A stretch of DNA of 63,916 nucleotides, counting the filler, from Sphaeroforma arctica JP610 (taxonomy: Eukaryota): the NCBI RefSeq assembly GCF_001186125.1. It is 6 parts of 3 records of this genome, joined end to end, with 100 filler letters (N's around TTAATTAATTAA, not from the genome) between each part and the next. Parts side by side here need not be neighbours in the genome. Positions count along the whole stretch, not along the records: positions 54,668 to 60,612 come from NW_014040523.1; positions 60,713 to 62,393 come from NW_014040523.1; positions 62,494 to 63,916 come from NW_014040510.1; 3 more parts are not named here. The stretch is one strand, 5' to 3'. Position numbers and translations under genes: made by a program. The notes under the pieces are model-generated. The model saw only the letters and a list, made by a program, of their open reading frames with translations, had not been told where the DNA came from and searched no databases. Below, piece by piece: positions 57,695 to 63,916 of the stretch (positions are counted from its first letter, which is position 1; each line of letters opens with the position of its first letter).

Positions 57695-60022
57695 TAAATA
57701 GATACATAGATATATAGCTATATAGATACATACATATACATATACATGCATATATANNNNNNNNNNNNNNNNNNNNATATAAATATATATAGAAATAAAT
57801 ATATACATATATATATACCTTATTTTAACACATTTGGCTCTGTATTGTGTGCATATGTGATACTTGCCTGTCCATACTTGACAGCTCCATTACAAACACT
57901 GACTGTATTACGATGACCACTGCGTAGTAGGGTAATATCAGATACACGTGCTTCGTATGTTGTATTACATATAGCCATACATTCAAACAAACACTCATTC
58001 CATGTTTATGTACACAGGTAGAGTGTGACCACACTGTCTGACCCATACCTCGTCAAACGTAACGAACGTTCCTTGGTCATCTATGAACCCCTGAACAGCC
58101 CCTCTGCTCACAAGGTAATCCAGACGATCTCTGGCATCGGCCTGCATGTCGTTGATATTAATATACCCGGCACGGATGAGAAGACGTATACCACGACTTA
58201 CGTAGCACAGACAAATTGAATAAAGCAAACTGTATGCGTGTTTAATAAAATAAGACTTATCCGTGTTTAATATGACAAGCCTTCAGCATGTTCCATCAGA
58301 TGAGCTTTATCCGTGTTTAACTACCAATACCAAGACACTCTGAATGAAAGTGTGTGCCATGGTCCCCAGATAGTCTAAAGTGCGTTCGCTATTGTTGTGC
58401 TGTGTGTGACTGCAACGACCCAATACATCCACTCAAAATAAAATGATACTACGCACATGTCACAGTTTCATACTGATAGTATAAAGTGAGACAGTGGTGT
58501 ATTATATACTTTAATACTACGCACATGTCACAGTTTCATACTGATATTATAAAGTAAGACAATTTTGTACTATGTACTTCAATACTACGCACATGTCACG
58601 GTTTCATACTGATAGTATAAAGTGAGACAGTGGTGTATTATATACTTTAATACTACGCACATGTCACAGTTTCATACTGATATTATAAAGTAAGACAGTG
58701 GTGTAGTATGTACTTTAATACCACGCACATGTCACAGTTTCATACTCATATGCTGATATTATAAGCTGTGACGTTAGCGTACGCTGTACTACACTACATA
58801 AGTACCTCCTTCTCCAGGTCAAGTGTCCGTTGCAGCTCTGAGCACTTCGTTATGCCTACCTCCTAAAGTATCAGACAACAGGAACAACAGAAGAGGCAGA
58901 GAGATCAGACGTGCATGTATGGATAGATATATACATACATACATACATACTGAACGAACGGATATTAGACCACTGGTTCGGTATAGTATAGCTATCGGGG
59001 CTTGGTAAACGTGTGTAATAAACGTTGATACAGACGACAAACGGCTTACAGTACACTGCGGAATGACTGTATAACCGGACGGGTCAGAACACGCATACTA
59101 TACAGTCACCACACCTAAATAATGAGAGTACCACGACCTACCAACAAGTGGTATAAAGCAGCCACGCCTACTGTCTCCATACGTTCACACACAGACCAAT
59201 CAACACCGCCGAAGCACTCAGGCATCACTACCAAACGCAAAGCGACGATCATTGCGCGTGCAAATGCCCTCCACCACCCATACGCATGCCCACGGCACTT
59301 TCCCGCAAGATAAGACAACAGACGTACATACACACCCAAAGAAAAGAATACTGTTGCAAACAACACAGAAGCAGCTCACTTCACACCCACTCACTCAGTG
59401 AGAAGTACTTCTAAACGCACCACCACGACTACTGCGCGTGTACATGCTCTCCATTACCCATACGTACGCCCACGGCACTTTCCTGCAAGATAAAAACAAA
59501 AGACATACATACACACTCAAATGTAAGATAAAACAAAAGACATACATACACACCCAAATGTAAGATAAAACAAAAGAAATACATCCACACCCAATTGCAA
59601 GATAAAACAAGACATACATACACACCCAATTGCAAGATAAAACACAACACATACATACACACCCAATTGCTAGATAAAACATAACACATACATACACACC
59701 CAAAGAAAGGAAAGCTGTTGCAAACATCACAACAGCAGCTTACTTCACACCCACCCACCCGCACACACACCCAAAGAAAGGAAAGCTGTTGCAAACAACA
59801 CAACAGCAGCTTACTTCACACACACCCAAACCACACACACACACACCCAAAGAAAGGAGAGCTGTTGCAAACACCATAGCAGGAGTTCACTCCACACTCA
59901 CCCCCACCGTGTGCAGCGCATTAGACTTTGTACCGAAATGTGAGTCACCATCCGCGAGAGCAGCTGGTGTTCTGTGGCTGTGATGTGGGCTGCATTGAAT
60001 GAGGTGTCTCTGACCAGCGGCT
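57376..60022 (-). CDS. DDRGK-domain protein (UFBP1/DDRGK1-like, UFMylation adaptor), 3' exons; 5' part unresolved
   Basis: Exons 60022-59934, 58862-58806, 58141-58049 and 57612-57376 join in frame to HQLLSRMVTHISEVGITKCSELQRTLDLEKEADARDRLDYLVSRGAVQGFIDDQGTFVTFDETMLQTLAATINETGRISTSALADL. This matches the DDRGK winged-helix pattern (G..DDRGKF.Y....GR.S). A candidate upstream exon at ~62115-62154 reads AEEKRRVSESEGK. Confidence 0.75.
58446..58745. repeat. 68-bp tandem repeat, ~4.4 copies (intronic)
   Basis: Units begin ATACTACGCACATGTCACAGTTTCATACTG at 68-bp spacing. Confidence 0.85.
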
Positions 60023-60914
60023 CTGTGATGGGCGTGTGTGACGACAAGTGGTGTGATGTGAGCGTGCATGGACGTAAATGGGATACAGGAGACGATATGT
60101 ATACGTTCGATTTGAACATGTGCTGGATGTTGGGAAGTATGTATACGTTTGATTGGAACGTTTATTGGATGTAGGAAACGGTATACACGTTCAATTTAAA
60201 TGTGGGCTGGGTGTTGGAAACTATATGTACATCCAAGTTAAACGTTTACTGGACATTGGAAGCAAGCTCTATATACATTCAATTTAAACGTTGCCCGATG
60301 GTTCTGAGTCCGGCACGAACGTAGCTACGCACAAACGTGTACGATGGCAACATTTCATATGATATATGCTATATGTTATATGATACTACATGTTATATGT
60401 GATATGATACTACATGTTATATGTTTTATGATACTGCATGTTATATGTTATATGATACTATATAATATATGTTATATGGTACTACATGTTATATGTTATA
60501 TGATACTACATGTTATATGTTATTTGATACTACATGATATATGTTATATGATACTACATGGTATATGTTATATGATACTATATGATATATGTGATATGAT
60601 ACTACATGTATANNNNNNNNNNNNNNNNNNNNNNNNNNNNNNNNNNNNNNNNNNNNTTAATTAATTAANNNNNNNNNNNNNNNNNNNNNNNNNNNNNNNN
60701 NNNNNNNNNNNNCATGTTCTGCTATTGGATACCACATATTATATGATATATGATATTTACATATGTATGCCCACACAGAGTCACCTAGATCAGTTCTACA
60801 GTATTGTTCGATCAAAATGTTTAGAAGCCCCTAACGGACCCATTGTCAATTCATTGCTGGCTGATTACTCGGCAGAACCCAGTGAAAATTAGTGGCTATA
60901 CCTCACCTTACAGA

Positions 60915-61530
60915 TACAATACAAAGACGAGTGTACCGATGGACTCATTACTACATGCAGAAGACTACCACCTTTACTTCACCATACATTACAAACACAA
61001 TACAAAGACGAGTGTACAGATGAACTCATTACTACATGAATACTATACATTATACACACAATACAAAGAAGAGTGTACAGATGAACTCATTACTACATGA
61101 ATACCATACATTACACACACAATACAAAGAAGAGTGTACAGATGAACTAATTACTACATGAATACCATACATTACACACACAATACAAAGAGTGTACAGA
61201 TGAACTCATTACTACATGAATACCATACAATACACACACAATACAAAGAGTGTACAGATGAACTCATTACTACATGAATAACATACATTACACACACAAT
61301 ACAAAGAAGAGTGTACAGATGAACTCATTACTACATGAATAACATACATTACACACACAATACAAAGAAGAGTGTACAGATGAACTGATTATTACATGAA
61401 TACCACTCATTACACACACAATACAAAGGAGAGTGTACAGATGAACACATTACTACAACCAGCTATACCTCACCATACATTACACACACAATACAAAGAT
61501 GAGTGTACAGATGAACTCATTATTACATAC
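60915..61530. repeat. ~58-61-bp tandem repeat (ACAATACAAAGAAGAGTGTACAGATGAACTCATTACTACATG...)
   Basis: Direct inspection. Confidence 0.85.
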
Positions 61531-61604
61531 ACACCGGATGACGAGGCTACGATACACTTCATGCGAAAAAGTAATACGGCGCGTGTTTTAGTTTTAGTTT
61601 GAGT

Positions 61605-62085
61605 TTGTTAGTATGCAAGTATGTTTGTTTAGTTTAAGGGTGTTAGTATGCAAGTATGATTGTTCAGTTTAAGGGTGTTAGTATGCAAGTATGTTTCTTT
61701 AGTTTAAGGGTGTTAGTATGCAAGTATGATTGTTTAGTGTAAGGTTGTTAGTATGCAAATATGTTTGTTTAGTTTAAGGTTGCTAGTATGCAAGTATGTT
61801 TGTTTAGTTTAAGGTTGCTAGTATGCAAGTACGTTTGTTTAGTTTAAGGTTGTTAGTATGCAAGTATGTTTGTTTAGTTTAAGGGTGTTAGTATGCAAGT
61901 ATATTTGTTTAGTTTAAGGTTGTTAGTATGCAAGTATGTTTGTTTAGTTTAAGGGTGTTAGTATGCAAGTATATTTGTTTAGTTTAAGGGTGTTAGTATG
62001 CAAGTATGTTTGTTTAGTTTAAGGTTGTTAGTATGCAAGTATGTTGGTTTAGTTTGAGTTTGTGAGTCTGCAAGTATGTTTGCTT
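61605..62085. repeat. 35-bp tandem repeat GTTAGTATGCAAGTATGTTTGTTTAGTTTAAGGGT, ~13 copies
   Basis: Direct inspection. Confidence 0.9.
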
Positions 62086-62339
62086 ATCAGTGGTCTGATG
62101 GGCCTATTACTCACTTTTGCCTTCGCTCTCTGACACACGGCGTTTTTCTTCGGCCTACCAATGGGAAAGAAGAAATGAAATGGCATCAGATACACAGCAG
62201 AACGTCAGAAACGAACGACTATAATGGTTGACAGCCAGACGACAGGATTTTATGAAAGATTTAGAATACACTCATGCACAAACATGGCATCCATTCAGTT
62301 ATTCACTCACTCACTCACTCACTCACTCGCCCACACACA

Positions 62340-62393
<54 letters not shown>

Positions 62394-63742
62394 NNNNNNN
62401 NNNNNNNNNNNNNNNNNNNNNNNNNNNNNNNNNNNNNTTAATTAATTAANNNNNNNNNNNNNNNNNNNNNNNNNNNNNNNNNNNNNNNNNNNNTACTTGC
62501 ATAATATACTCCATTTTCAATAAAGAATATACTATATACTTGTCTGCTGGCGTTTGGTGCAAGGTTCAAAAATAATAATCAGATATATCTGTGCAGATAG
62601 CGCTTTCATCGATATTTTGCGAGACATTGCGACGGTATGCTGACGCGGGAGATCAGTAAAGCTTAGCTTAAGCCTTACTACCACATCTTTGCTAGGGATC
62701 CTATTGTTCTATGAAGTCCTTGAACGCACAGTATCAGAAAGGAGAAAAGTATGTCTACTTTATACTGGATTATATATGGCCCAATATGTACCATCTCAGG
62801 AAAAATCTGTACAATGGTATACACCTCATATATAATAAGTATCTCTGTATCACAATAGAATAAAAATATCATGCTTCCTGATCACGAGCCGTACTACAAA
62901 TACACATCAGCCTTGCGCTCTTGAACACACCATGCTCAGTCATCTCAATGCCATCAACTTCTCCAAAGATATCTGCATCGTGCGGTACGTCGGGATCATT
63001 ATTCAGAGGACTGTATTTGTCCTTGTCACTCTTGGTGCGATCATGCATGACCGTTTTGACGGTCATTCCCCTTGAGCGAGGAATGGTGTATAGAGCTGAT
63101 TATTTGGAGTATAGCTATGGAGATAGAATCAATTGATATGACATAACACCAGACAAACTCGTACAGCTAGTATCTCAACGGATAGTTGTAGTTATTTTAA
63201 GTTGGTTAGAGCTACTAGTCTTATTGTACATTACTTAGTCTACTTTGCTTGTCGTGTCGCTATGTATTCTTCGACGTATAGAGACGATCTCTATAATGAA
63301 ACAGAATGCGATCAGCTATACATACTTCTCATTATCAAATATGTATCTTTTTTTTATGATATGAGCATCTAATTATAGATAAGAGTAATATAAGAAATTG
63401 AAGCAGAAAGTTAAGGGCCTGTTGGAAGTTCGGTAGTCGTAGCCATAGCAATTTGAATTCAAAAGCGAATCAAAATGTTACTGAAAAGCTGCAACGAGCT
63501 CTTCGTTTTGTACAATGATAACGAATGTTTTTAGATATTGCACAATATGTACTTCATCTTGCAGCTGCTCTGTTACATATACATCGGTAATGGATAAATC
63601 CCTCGACACATACTCATGATACACAATTAGCTTGATACATTATTGGACCACATATGTATCGGAGAATATTCCACGAACGAACTACACACACACATCTATA
63701 CAAGAGCTAGGTCTGGCACGAACGAAACATTACGCAACCATT

Positions 63743-63850
63743 ATGAAGTTTCGTCCAATGTTGTGTTTAGTGCTAGCTCTCATCACTTTCTACTGCGTAT
63801 ACAGCTATCACGATGTATCCCTCGACTCTACATATGAAGAGGAAATAAGG
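63743..63850 (+). CDS. Probable first exon of a secreted or membrane protein (signal peptide); continues beyond window
   Basis: MKFRPMLCLVLALITFYCVYSYHDVSLDSTYEEEIR followed by donor GTATGC at 63851. Confidence 0.55.
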
Positions 63851-63916
63851 GTATGCATTATTCTACTTTTATCTACGGTCCCTATCGGATTCGGGACATA
63901 ATATATATGTATATAT

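Noticed and set aside
62869..63066. 65-aa minus-strand ORF as the first exon of the DDRGK gene
   Set aside because: No convincing splice path or N-terminal membrane anchor, and two linkers intervene; left uncalled.

Overview
Eukaryotic, intron-rich draft-genome window with (AT)n/(GT)n microsatellite-laden introns, N gaps and five artificial 100-nt N44-TTAATTAATTAA-N44 contig linkers. The gene content (7TM-RGS, class C GPCR, DDRGK) and intron style suggest a unicellular holozoan such as an ichthyosporean; this is inference. From left to right: (1) an intronless 7TM-RGS gene; (2) a transposon graveyard at about 4.4-15.7 kb with a decayed pogo-like transposase, a non-autonomous CACTA-like element, an internally deleted Crypton-like element and Ty3/Gypsy chromovirus pieces carrying an antisense ORF; (3) a gene of 20 or more exons for a class C (7tm_3) GPCR with a non-Venus-flytrap ectodomain; (4) a 9-exon Zn/NADP alcohol dehydrogenase; (5) a 734-bp foldback MITE; (6) a spliced gene of 13 or more exons for a bacterial-style TM-dCache-like-TM-HAMP-PAS sensor, cut off by a contig break, which is the most striking item; (7) a DDRGK-domain gene; (8) the first exon of a secreted protein. 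Exon chains were built by hand from GT-AG sites and phase continuity. Domain calls come from motif recognition, not database searches.
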